Below, piece by piece: positions 50,360 through 59,833 of a stretch of DNA of 63,638 nucleotides; the first letter of the stretch is position 1, and every line of letters begins with the position of its first letter. The notes below the pieces were generated by a model that saw only the letters and a program-made list of their open reading frames with translations, searched no databases and had not been told where the DNA came from. The stretch covers positions 1 to 63,638 of the forward strand of contig JABXKD010000010.1 in the NCBI GenBank assembly GCA_013375475.1. Reading direction: 5' to 3'. The translations under genes and the position numbers were made by a program. The DNA is from Promethearchaeota archaeon. GTDB lineage: Archaea; Asgardarchaeota; Lokiarchaeia; Sigyniarchaeales; SOKP01.

Positions 50360-50731
50360 TTATGACCAGGCGACCTTATTGACAAAAATCGACCATTCAA
50401 GCACGATTAAGCCCTCATCTCGCGTATGGGCTAGAAGATAATCTCCCTCTTTTGTAATCGAACCAACTATGTTACCCTTTCCGCCAACAATATTTTTGGC
50501 AGCTAACTGTATTTCATCGTTTTTCAATATCGCAAATCTCGAGCTTTGAAACATTAAAGCTGATTCTTTTTCCTTCCATGCTTTTAGAATTTCTTTAGCT
50601 TCTTCCTCTGTTAATTGAAAATCTTCAGATTTAAAAAGAACGTTTCCGTTCGAATTTAATACGAAAATTTCTTCCATACCGTCAAATTCGTGTAATTCAT
50701 TTACTAGATAATCAAAACGCTGTTGTTCCAT
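50360..50731 (-). CDS. Profilin-like protein (eukaryotic signature protein)
   Basis: 123 aa; helix, IFVLNSNGNVLFKSEDF, FQSSRFAIL, AAKNIVGGKGNIV, C-terminal helix; layout of Asgard profilins. Confidence 0.7.
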   Translation of the reverse strand: MEQQRFDYLVNELHEFDGMEEIFVLNSNGNVLFKSEDFQLTEEEAKEILKAWKEKESALMFQSSRFAILKNDEIQLAAKNIVGGKGNIVGSITKEGDYLLAHTRDEGLIVLEWSIFVNKVAWS

Positions 50732-50908
50732 GGTTTACATCATAAAAATCGTATAGTTTTATTGAATGGATCATAAAACCACACCAATTTAAATTTAATT
50801 AGAACGAAATAAGTGAAATTAGAAGAATAATTTGGATATAACGAGAAATTTTAGATTAGATAAATCATTATAAAAGTTATCAAATAACTCTTATAATTTT
50901 GAATTAAA

Positions 50909-51694
50909 ATGGTAAAAAGCCTTGTTCTTTACGATAAAATTTATAATGTACATAAAGAAAAAGATAAAAAGGAACTTTCAATTAGATACAGTAAATACCT
51001 AAACGAATTGACTCAAAGTTTTTCTAATACTAAAATCAGAATAAAAAAATTAAGGCAATTTGATAACAGGTTTGAAGTTTTGATCTCTGGTCCGGAAGAA
51101 GTCTTTATTTTAAATATGCTAAAAAAAAAAGTTGGAACTATTGTCGAATTTGATAAAGTTGAGATTGGTGATGTATATAAAGGAGTTTTGGTAGATGTGG
51201 GCAAAGTAGGATTTGGTATTTTTGTAGATTGTGCAATCTTAAATCCTAATGTTGATGTATTACTAAATCTTTACGATTTGAGAACCCAATTGTGTAAAGG
51301 TAGAAATGTGCCAATGACAGAAATAATTAGTGCCTACGATTTTATCGATCGATTTCCAGTTCATATAAAAATTACTTCTATTGATAAAGAAAAAGAGCAA
51401 ATTCAAGGACTTCTTGATAAGCAAACCTTAGAATTATATGAAAAATTAGTTAAGGAGAATCTTGAAGCAGTCTTTATGAGCGGCGAAACAAAGGGCCAAT
51501 TGAAAAAAGCTCTTGTAAAAACAGGTCATTTTAGAGATATCGCTTCAATAGTAAGATATGGATTTTTGGAGAACATTGTAATTTTGAGAGAGAATACCAC
51601 CGCTCCAGGAATAATTGCAGATATAGGGAGACACCTCAAAAATTGTAAATTAAACGCGATTAGACCTGAAAGAATTAAGAAATTATTTTATTAA
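50909..51694 (+). CDS. DUF2110-family protein
   Basis: GVLVDVGKVGFGIFVD, KTGHFRDI, TTAPGIIADIG. Confidence 0.8.
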   Translation: MVKSLVLYDKIYNVHKEKDKKELSIRYSKYLNELTQSFSNTKIRIKKLRQFDNRFEVLISGPEEVFILNMLKKKVGTIVEFDKVEIGDVYKGVLVDVGKVGFGIFVDCAILNPNVDVLLNLYDLRTQLCKGRNVPMTEIISAYDFIDRFPVHIKITSIDKEKEQIQGLLDKQTLELYEKLVKENLEAVFMSGETKGQLKKALVKTGHFRDIASIVRYGFLENIVILRENTTAPGIIADIGRHLKNCKLNAIRPERIKKLFY

Positions 51695-51704
51695 TAAAAG
51701 AGAA

Positions 51705-51780
51705 TGGTGGGCCCAGGGAGGATTGAACTCCCGACCTTCTCGGTGTAAGCGAGACGTCATAACCACTAAACCATGGGCCC
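51705..51780 (-). tRNA. tRNA-Val(TAC), CCA encoded
   Basis: GGGCCCA acceptor stem, TCTCG-CTTACAC-CGAGA anticodon arm, GTTCAAT T-loop, ACCA end. Confidence 0.97.
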
Positions 51781-51803
51781 TTGTTTTTTGAAGGTTATAA
51801 GAA

Positions 51804-51905
51804 CGCAATCGGAGGGATTCGAACCCTCGAGTCCGTTGGACACCGGATTAGCAATCCGGCGCTTTTGGCATGCTTCTGCACTCTACCAAGCTAAGCGACG
51901 ATTGC
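51804..51905 (-). tRNA. tRNA-Ser(GCT) with ~19-nt D-loop intron (51864-51882)
   Basis: GCAATCG/CGATTGC acceptor, CCGGA-TTGCTAA-TCCGG anticodon arm, long variable arm; insert forms a relaxed BHB. Confidence 0.92.
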
Positions 51906-52047
51906 TTAATGTTGAAATAATCTTCAAGTGGTATATTTTGTATATAAAAATTTAAAATTTTAATACTTTTTCATTGAGATGAGTAGCTTAAATTAAAGAT
52001 AAATAAAGGAATAAAAAAAATAAAATAGATATCGCGTTTTAAATTTG

Positions 52048-53229
52048 TTATGCATCTTTTCTGGGTCTATTTTTTTTATGATTTAAATAATAATCTCTTA
52101 ACTTAAAATCAATGTAATACCAGAAAACTCCACAAGGAATACATATCGCCCAGTTAATGATTAAATTTAAATAAATGGTTAAATTATATGACCAATTAAT
52201 TCCAAAAATACTTGCTCCGTAGTGATCCCCATAAACGGAATAAACGACTGCAAAATATAGTATCTGGGTTAGTAGGATGTGATATGTAGATTTTCCTATT
52301 GTAGAAACAGCTTTAGTAAACCAATTGTCCCATTTTTTCGGTAAGAGCTTGATTACCAATAAAACTAAAAACGCTGAGTACGGAAAGACAAATAAATTAT
52401 AATCACCTCTAATAAAATCAAAGCGAAAATCAAAGAATTGGTATTGAATTAAGTAATAAAGGCTTAATGGGAAGAGAATCCACACGAAGAGGTTCTGTTT
52501 AGCAAAGAGATTCGGTCTTTTTGAAAACCACATTCCTAACCCAATCGCAGAAAGCATAAAAAGCGGAGCTGTTACGATAAATAAATACCAATACATAAAA
52601 TCGTAATACGCTTGCCAAGTTGGAAATGGAGTTGGAAAGATAATGAAGATTGCCAACTGAATGTATATTTCTATAACAAAACATAAAACAAGCGTGAGAA
52701 TTCTCCATATCAATTTACCCGAAAACCCTTTATATAGCAATGGTAAGATTAATATCGCCCTGAATATTACCGGTAAAAACCAATTCCCTGGCCCCCAAAA
52801 AGGCAAAATTCCAATAAATAAATGATTAAATTCCCAATTTGCTTCTTCGTATTGGTTTAACGCGTTCCATTCGAATCCGTTAATTGCTAAGCCAATTAAA
52901 GAAGAAACTATCCATAATACGATAAATGGATAGATATAGCGCCAAAATTTTCTTTTGATGTATCTCCAAGAATACAAATTTCTTAGCCTTTTATCTTCCA
53001 ATTTACTAAAAGATAATCCCATATTAAAGCCCATAATCACTAAGAATACGGGAATTGAAATTCTTTCCCAGAGTGTAACGCCAATTTCTCTTTTAATTAC
53101 CCATGGAATAGTGTGGTCGTAAATGACTAAGAATATCATAACTGCTTTGATAAAATCAACTTGAAAAAAGTGTTTATCCTTAATCTCAATTTCATCTGGT
53201 TTGATTAAAATTTGGTTGTCGGCTTCCAT
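52048..53229 (-). CDS. Acyltransferase family 3 (OafA-like) membrane protein
   Basis: VDFIKAVMIFLVIYDH, IPVFLVIMGF, GPGNWF, IGKSTYHILLTQ. Confidence 0.88.
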   Translation of the reverse strand: MEADNQILIKPDEIEIKDKHFFQVDFIKAVMIFLVIYDHTIPWVIKREIGVTLWERISIPVFLVIMGFNMGLSFSKLEDKRLRNLYSWRYIKRKFWRYIYPFIVLWIVSSLIGLAINGFEWNALNQYEEANWEFNHLFIGILPFWGPGNWFLPVIFRAILILPLLYKGFSGKLIWRILTLVLCFVIEIYIQLAIFIIFPTPFPTWQAYYDFMYWYLFIVTAPLFMLSAIGLGMWFSKRPNLFAKQNLFVWILFPLSLYYLIQYQFFDFRFDFIRGDYNLFVFPYSAFLVLLVIKLLPKKWDNWFTKAVSTIGKSTYHILLTQILYFAVVYSVYGDHYGASIFGINWSYNLTIYLNLIINWAICIPCGVFWYYIDFKLRDYYLNHKKNRPRKDA

Positions 53230-53375
53230 AAATTCATCCCTTAATTCCTTTTTGAAAAAAAATAATAATCAGAGGGTTTTATATTGTTCAGAGCAAGTAT
53301 CTATATAAGCTTTACTTAACTCTAAAAATTAAAAGGAAAAGAGAAAAAAGAAATTCTAATTAAGTTAACTCAGAA

Positions 53376-53858
53376 TCATTCTTGGATTATCTCAAAGACC
53401 ATCTTTTCAATCAGCGGTTTCTTTGTATACCGTTTGTCGTAATACCAGCCTACTAAATGACCCGCTAAATCCTTTTCTGGAATTTCAGGAATAATAATTA
53501 TCATTACACCATTTGAGAGATATTTTAATATTCTTTTGTCAATTTGATGCAATTTGTCATTCCCTGAAGGATGCGTATGTGCTTGCCAGACTATGTCTAC
53601 ATTAAGTTCCTGCTTAAACTTACGCATATTATAAATCTTCGATTTTTTATAGCGCATCCAACTCCTTGGTTTGACATGAGTTTTAGATTTTCTTAAATCG
53701 GGGTTAACAATAAATTTATTAACGATTCCGAAGTTTTCTTTACGATCTGCAAAAATCCAGTAGTGTTCTATATTTGGATAAACCTCTGCAGCTTTTTGAG
53801 TCAGTTCTTTAAATAATCGATCTGGTATTAAATACCTAAAATTTTTTGCTGCACTCAT
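53376..53858 (-). CDS. JAB/MPN (JAMM) domain protein
   Basis: YPNIEH...AHTHPSGNDKLHQID. Confidence 0.8.
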   Translation of the reverse strand: MSAAKNFRYLIPDRLFKELTQKAAEVYPNIEHYWIFADRKENFGIVNKFIVNPDLRKSKTHVKPRSWMRYKKSKIYNMRKFKQELNVDIVWQAHTHPSGNDKLHQIDKRILKYLSNGVMIIIIPEIPEKDLAGHLVGWYYDKRYTKKPLIEKMVFEIIQE

Positions 53859-54107
53859 TTTTACATCAGCTTAAATATGGGGCAATGTAGCATAAAATTT
53901 ATATTTTTCTTTAATTTGTCGACCTAAGTTATGAAATATACGAAAAAAATATAAAAAAATTTATTTTATTAAAAATAATCTATTCTAATACTTATATTAC
54001 AATTTAAAAAATTAAAATCAAGAAAATATATAGAAAATCTCTTAAATACGGACTATTCTGTGATATGCGGTAATAACCGTATTATGTAGAAAATCTGTAA
54101 ATCCAGA

Positions 54108-54208
54108 GCACCTGTAGCCTAGTGGTAAGACGCTGGCCTTGAGTATTTAATACAATCAAGTAAGCCAGTGCGCGAAAGCGCTCGGGGGTTCAAATCCCTC
54201 CAGGTGCG
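54108..54208 (+). tRNA. tRNA-Ser(TGA) with 19-nt canonical 37/38 intron (54144-54162)
   Basis: GCACCTG/CAGGTGC acceptor; BHB with central CTTG/CAAG helix; long variable arm. Confidence 0.95.
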
Positions 54209-54233
54209 TTTTAAATTGTGTATATTGTATCAT

Positions 54234-54337
54234 GGGCTATTAGCGCAGTCAGGTAGCGCATCCGGCTCTTAACCGGCAGGTCGGGGGTTCGATACACTTA
54301 ATCGGAAACGATGAGTGCGAAATTCCCTCATAGCCCG
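54234..54337 (+). tRNA. tRNA-Lys(CTT) with 30-nt T-loop (59/60) intron (54294-54323)
   Basis: GGGCTAT/ATAGCCC acceptor; CCGG-CTCTTAA-CCGG anticodon arm; BHB with TTCG/CGAA central helix and ATA/ATT bulges. Confidence 0.94.
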
Positions 54338-54372
54338 CTACTTCTTTATGATTTAGGTGAATTTAAATCTTC

Positions 54373-55314
54373 CTATAAATATTGAAATATAACTTCAAAA
54401 TCAGAGAAATCGAATGGTTTTAAGATGTATCCATCAGCTTGACTTTCAACTAAGTTTTTTTCTACTTCAGAGCCTGGGATAGCTGTTAACAAATAAACTG
54501 CAATATTTCGAAGGTCTTTATTTGATTTAATTTGTTTACAGATGTTGTATCCACTATAATCAGGTAAAATAATATCTAATAAAACCAATTTTGGAGGATT
54601 ATTAGCTAATTCTTCTAAACCCTTTGTACCACTTACGACACCTTTACAGGTGTAACCTTTACTTTCAAAATAACTCGTCAATAATCGAATTGTTGCCAAA
54701 TCATCTTCAATTAATAATATATCGTATTGAGTAGTTTCGGTTTTAATATTATCTAAAATATTGATGATCTTTTTCTCTAAGAGTAAGGACTGGTTAAAAA
54801 TGTTCTGAACTGTATTAAAAACCTCTTGATCCATTTCATCTTTGTAATTCTCGATTAATAGTTGGGAGAATCCTTTTATCGATGTTAACGGTTCCTTCAA
54901 AGCATGAGATATGTTAGTGAGGGTTTGATTATCTGGTATATTCAAATCATCGTTTGCTAAACTAGCTTTTTGCTGAATGAAGTAACTTACACTTTCTCTT
55001 ATGAGTTTTGAGATGGTGTTATATTTATCTTTATGACTCTGGATGAATTCGTTCCAGTCTTCTTTAGTTTTATCTGAAACATATAATGAGATACGTTCTT
55101 TCTCTCGATCGTATATTTTTTCTCCTTTTAACCATTTCATAAAACCTTCCGTTATATTTCCGCGCCAATTCGCATATTTATCTGTGGTTTCCTCATATTC
55201 TATCATTAATTTTTTTGCTTTTTCACTCGTCAAATCAAGATTTTTGATTTCTCCATCAGATAATTTTGGACTCGAATCATCGTTTTTTCCTTTTGAATTA
55301 GTAATTTTTAACAC
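54373..55314 (-). CDS. Response regulator: N-terminal motif + RHH-like + HisKA + receiver
   Basis: SHALKEPLTSIKG; IEDD, LLDIILPD, LTA, KPF; no HATPase domain. Confidence 0.88.
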   Translation of the reverse strand: MLKITNSKGKNDDSSPKLSDGEIKNLDLTSEKAKKLMIEYEETTDKYANWRGNITEGFMKWLKGEKIYDREKERISLYVSDKTKEDWNEFIQSHKDKYNTISKLIRESVSYFIQQKASLANDDLNIPDNQTLTNISHALKEPLTSIKGFSQLLIENYKDEMDQEVFNTVQNIFNQSLLLEKKIINILDNIKTETTQYDILLIEDDLATIRLLTSYFESKGYTCKGVVSGTKGLEELANNPPKLVLLDIILPDYSGYNICKQIKSNKDLRNIAVYLLTAIPGSEVEKNLVESQADGYILKPFDFSDFEVIFQYL

Positions 55315-55449
55315 CCTTTAACATTTTTACTACAATTTTGAATAAAGCTGTAAATAACTTCTCTCTATTATAGTAATTTTACACAAAAAATAAACTTTAT
55401 TCATTTATTTAATTGGAAAGATCATAAAATTTTAAAATTTTGAATTCAA

Positions 55450-56451
55450 TTAATTTGCTTTTTCATTTAAAATTTCAAAAATCACATCAAAATCAGAGAA
55501 ATTAAAAGGTTTAAGAATATAACCATCTGCTCCATATTTTTGAAAATTTTTTTTTACTTCAGATTCTGAAATTGCAGTAAGAAAGTACACGGGTATTTTC
55601 TTAAAAATATTGTCAGTTTTAATCGTCTGACAAATATCGTATCCACTTATGTCTGGTAAGATTATATCTAATAGAATTACTTTTGGAATAGTTCGCTTCA
55701 ATTCTTCTAATCCTTTTGTTCCGCTCACTAATCCTTTACAAATATATTCTTTGTTTTCAAAATAATTTGTTATTAATCTAATTGTTGGTAAATCATCTTC
55801 AATTAATAGAATATCGTAGGGAGTACTTTCAGGTTTAATATTATCTAAGAAATTCTTAATAATGTTTTCAAGGATATTACTCTGAGCGAAGATATTTTTG
55901 ATAGTTTCTTCGATGTGATTGCTCAGTTTACCCCTATACTCTTCACTTTCGAGCAATAATTGGGAGTAGCCCTTAATAGATGTTAGTGGTTCTTTTAACG
56001 CGTGAGAAATATTGGATATTGTAGTGGGATTTAATTTTGATAAATCATTTGAAACTCTGCTGGAATCCTCGATGAACGAATTGACGCTCTGCCTTATTAA
56101 TTCGGAAAAAGTTGGAAAATCATCATTAACATTTATGAAATCTTGCCAATCATTTTTTACTTTATCCTCTACATATAATGAAATTCTCTCCTTTGCCCTA
56201 GTATAGATTTTTTCTCCTTTTAACCACTTTTTAAAGCCCTCTGTTACTGCCCCTCTCCAAATGGCATATTTATCAGTCTCTTCTTGGTAAATCCTCATAT
56301 AGCGTTTGATTTTTTCATCAGATAAGGATAGATTCCTAATTTCCTCTTCACTCAACTTAGGAATTTCTTCATTTTTCTCTTTTTTTGAAATTGGGGTATC
56401 GTCCTCATAACTAGTACCCTTTTTATCTGATTCAGTCCGATCTTGCGTGAT
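55450..56451 (-). CDS. Paralogous response regulator (RHH-like + HisKA + receiver); start TTG 56355 or ATC 56451
   Basis: Same architecture as its neighbour; frame open to 56463 with an AAGGTGA SD 7 nt before ATC 56451. Confidence 0.85.
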   Translation of the reverse strand: MTQDRTESDKKGTSYEDDTPISKKEKNEEIPKLSEEEIRNLSLSDEKIKRYMRIYQEETDKYAIWRGAVTEGFKKWLKGEKIYTRAKERISLYVEDKVKNDWQDFINVNDDFPTFSELIRQSVNSFIEDSSRVSNDLSKLNPTTISNISHALKEPLTSIKGYSQLLLESEEYRGKLSNHIEETIKNIFAQSNILENIIKNFLDNIKPESTPYDILLIEDDLPTIRLITNYFENKEYICKGLVSGTKGLEELKRTIPKVILLDIILPDISGYDICQTIKTDNIFKKIPVYFLTAISESEVKKNFQKYGADGYILKPFNFSDFDVIFEILNEKAN

Positions 56452-57035
56452 GAAATTTTCACCTTAAGAGAAGATTTACAACGGTATTATTCTACGAAAA
56501 AGTAGTGAAAAAAGTATTATTTAAGATTATCTAAAAAGAAAATTGTCTAAATAACTCACTTCTGATTTCAAGGCAAGTTTAAAAAAAGTCGAAGATTCCA
56601 AGCAAGAAAAAAAGGTATTTAAGATTTCAAAAATTGGAATATATGAAAATTCTTAACCAAGTATTTTGATCTGGCAAGAAAATCTCTCTAAATATATATC
56701 CAGATAATACATCAATCAATTTTTTTATCGATATATATATACATGATACTTCTATTTTTAATTCTTTAATGCAAATTTTATTTAGTTTGGGATCAAATTT
56801 CCTATTATTCGTGTGAAAAAAAAAACTAAAAAAAAGTTGTATTGATAGTAAAAACGATCTAAATGATCGTAATGTTTATATATGTGTGTGCAAATATAAT
56901 ATTTATCAAGGTTGTGTGTTCAAAAAAAAACTTTTGTTAGTAAAAAGTCATAATTTTCCCATGATGAAAGGGAAAATATGAATAAAAACTTACGACAAAA
57001 AAAATAATAATTTGTAAGGGAAGTGGTATGGTAAA

Positions 57036-57923
57036 ATGGTTGTTGAAATAGATGCGATATCAAACTTATGTCCTGAATGTGGTGGAAGCACTGTGATTAT
57101 CCAGGAAAGAGGAGAAACAGTTTGTCAACAGTGTGGGTTGGTCGTAGGGGAGAGAGGTTTAGATGTTACTCATAGTGGAATTAGAGCATATTCAAAGCAC
57201 GAAAAAGATAGAAAGGAGCGGACAGGGTCTCCTATGTCTATTCTGATGCCAGATATAGGTTTAAGCACTGTTATAGATAGGACAAAAATCAAAAATCCCG
57301 ACTTGAGGCGTGCTGCTAAGTGGAATACTCACTTATCCTGGGAAAAAAGAAATATGTTAATGGCTATAACCGAATTAAAAAGAATCGGTGGTAATTTAAA
57401 CTTCCCTGAGCGAGTGAAAAAATCAGCAGTACGATTATATAAAGAAGTATTTAAAAGACAACTTTTACGAGGTAGATCCATTAATGGTATGGTTGCTGCT
57501 TGTGCGTACTACGCATGTAAAGACGAAAAAGTTCCTATTACACTTCAAGAAATCTTAGAAGAGGCTTCTATTAACGATAATATTGTAAAAAAATGCTATA
57601 AAATATTAGTTCGGGAGCTAAATTTAAAAATCTCACATATCGATCCGGTTACCCTTATTCCACGATATTGTGCGGATTTAAACCTAGGGATTGAAGTAGA
57701 AAAGGAAGCAATGAGAGTGCTTCACAATTTCATTGTAAGAACTTCCATATCTGGTAAAGATCCTAAAGGATTATGTGCGGGTGCAATATATCTCGTATCT
57801 AAACTGAGAAATGTGAAGGTATCACAGAAAGACATCTCTCACATAATTGGAGTCACGGAAGTCACATTACGCTCCAGATATAAAGAACTTCTTAAAAGTA
57901 TAAGTTTAAATTTTAATACCTAA
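57036..57923 (+). CDS. tfb: Transcription initiation factor IIB (TFB)
   Basis: CPECG..CQQCG Zn ribbon, RTGSP, LRGRS, GKDPKG, VTEVTLR. Confidence 0.97.
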   Translation: MVVEIDAISNLCPECGGSTVIIQERGETVCQQCGLVVGERGLDVTHSGIRAYSKHEKDRKERTGSPMSILMPDIGLSTVIDRTKIKNPDLRRAAKWNTHLSWEKRNMLMAITELKRIGGNLNFPERVKKSAVRLYKEVFKRQLLRGRSINGMVAACAYYACKDEKVPITLQEILEEASINDNIVKKCYKILVRELNLKISHIDPVTLIPRYCADLNLGIEVEKEAMRVLHNFIVRTSISGKDPKGLCAGAIYLVSKLRNVKVSQKDISHIIGVTEVTLRSRYKELLKSISLNFNT

Positions 57924-58035
57924 ATTTCGTTTTTGTAGACTTTATTATTTTATTTCATTTTTTTAAAGAAATTGTATCCTTCCTATCTATTTTTGTAAAA
58001 AAATAACTAAGTTATTTGATCGGAAATGTTTGAAT

Positions 58036-58728
58036 CTAAAGAACTCGAGCACTAGTTAGAAGAACTATAATATAATCAGCAACTCCTTCAATAGAATCAG
58101 AGATAGCCTCCAGGATGTCAAATACATTTCCAACAGTAAATATTGTAAAGAAATTAACATCGTATTTTGTTTCTTGAAGACTTTCCCTTAACTTTATGTT
58201 AAGAAGGTCAACATCATGTTCAAGCTGATTTACAATACCAGCGTACTCCTTCACATTTTTTCGTTCTCCAACTAAATCAATCACAAGCTTATCTAAATAC
58301 TCAACTGCCTTTACAGTCGTCTCTATTATTTCTAAGATTAATCCTATAGATTCTTCACTACTTTGATCCCAAAACTTTGGTGGGATCGTAGATATCCTAC
58401 GAGCTACTCCAGTACTACAATTTGCTACATCATCCAATCTTTTTATTAAATGTGATAAATTTAATCTTATACTCGGATTTAGTTCTCCCTTAGAAACGTC
58501 TTTAAGGACTTCTCGTCTTACTTTATCGGCTTCATCTTCTAAAAGATCAACTTTAAGGAAGTTTTTGCGGGCTTTTTCGAGGTTTTCCTCCTTTAATAAT
58601 ACTTTAAGTCCTGCTTCTAATTCTTTAACACAATCCTGGACGATCTGAGCATGTTTGATTGTTTTTTCTAAAACATTTAAAGCTGTTTCACGTTTTAAAA
58701 ATTCTATTAATGAACCCATTTTAATCAC
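58036..58728 (-). CDS. DUF47/PhoU-like phosphate transport regulator
   Basis: LEDEADKVRRE, LDDVA, LEHDVD, ISDSIE; adjacent to PiT. Confidence 0.9.
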   Translation of the reverse strand: MIKMGSLIEFLKRETALNVLEKTIKHAQIVQDCVKELEAGLKVLLKEENLEKARKNFLKVDLLEDEADKVRREVLKDVSKGELNPSIRLNLSHLIKRLDDVANCSTGVARRISTIPPKFWDQSSEESIGLILEIIETTVKAVEYLDKLVIDLVGERKNVKEYAGIVNQLEHDVDLLNIKLRESLQETKYDVNFFTIFTVGNVFDILEAISDSIEGVADYIIVLLTSARVL

Positions 58729-58782
58729 TCAATTTCCTTTCCTTACTATTACTATATATTACTATTTAATTTTTATACTTTA

Positions 58783-59814
58783 TTAGGTCAATCCAAATAA
58801 ATTAAACCCGAAATAAATAAACCCTGCAAGTATTGCAGCAACTGGAAATGTAAGAACCCAGTATACAGCCATTTTCCCTAAACCTTTGTAATCTACTTCT
58901 TTTCCTTGAGCCAAACTCATCCCTATAATACAGAAGACAATAACGTGACTATGAGATATTGGTAAACTTAGCAATGTTGCTATCATTAGAATTATGGCGG
59001 AACTTATTTGGGTAATAAGGCTTTCGCTTGGGCGAGAATCAATCATCTGAGAAGCTAGATTTCTTACAACATACCGTGCAGCAATATAAATTCCTAGACA
59101 AGAAGCGATTCCACAAAGAAGAGCAAAAAATACATATGACCCTAGATTCAAGGAACCCTTATCGAATAATCCATAGAGAATTCCTAGTGCTTCACCTGAA
59201 TTTGCTCCTACCCATATCTCAGCAAATATTACCCCAAATAGCAACATCCATTTAAAAGATTTTTCAGATTTCTCGATCTGATTCAAGCCCTTTAATCGAG
59301 ATAAATAGGTTTTAGCGAGAATCTTAAAAAGCACGAAAGTGATAATCAAACCAAATGTAGGTGATAGAAACCAACCTAAAATGACATTATTCAATTTTGC
59401 CCAATTAAACGCTGTTTCAGGATTTATGTCTCCTTGTGTTAAAGCGTACACAAACACGACTCCCACTATACTACCTACAAGCGAGTGAGTGCTACTTAAA
59501 GGGATTCCTGCGAAACTGCCAATTATTAACCAAAAAATACTACTTACTAAAACAGTCAACAACATAAAATCAGTATAATTTAAAGTCTCACCTAATAAAT
59601 CAGCGCCTACAGTTTTTGCTACAAAGGCAAAGGCAAAGGCAAACATCCCTGCCCCCACTGCTATACCACCAATTAGTAAAGCTAATTTAAATTTGATAAC
59701 TCCTGCTCCAACCAAAGTAGATAAAGTTTCATCATTTGCACCTATTGCAAATGCAAGAGCTATTGCCAAGACAATTAAAACGACCACTAAAATTGTACTT
59801 ATGTCAACTGCCAT
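58783..59814 (-). CDS. PiT-family inorganic phosphate transporter
   Basis: GANDE and GANS motifs, PLSSTHSLVG, PISHSH. Confidence 0.93.
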   Translation of the reverse strand: MAVDISTILVVVLIVLAIALAFAIGANDETLSTLVGAGVIKFKLALLIGGIAVGAGMFAFAFAFVAKTVGADLLGETLNYTDFMLLTVLVSSIFWLIIGSFAGIPLSSTHSLVGSIVGVVFVYALTQGDINPETAFNWAKLNNVILGWFLSPTFGLIITFVLFKILAKTYLSRLKGLNQIEKSEKSFKWMLLFGVIFAEIWVGANSGEALGILYGLFDKGSLNLGSYVFFALLCGIASCLGIYIAARYVVRNLASQMIDSRPSESLITQISSAIILMIATLLSLPISHSHVIVFCIIGMSLAQGKEVDYKGLGKMAVYWVLTFPVAAILAGFIYFGFNLFGLT

Positions 59815-59833
59815 TTCAAATCGAATCTGATTT

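Noticed and set aside
54108-54208. Possible tRNA-Sec
   Set aside because: Anticodon is TGA (reads Ser UCA), not TCA; normal 7-bp acceptor stem
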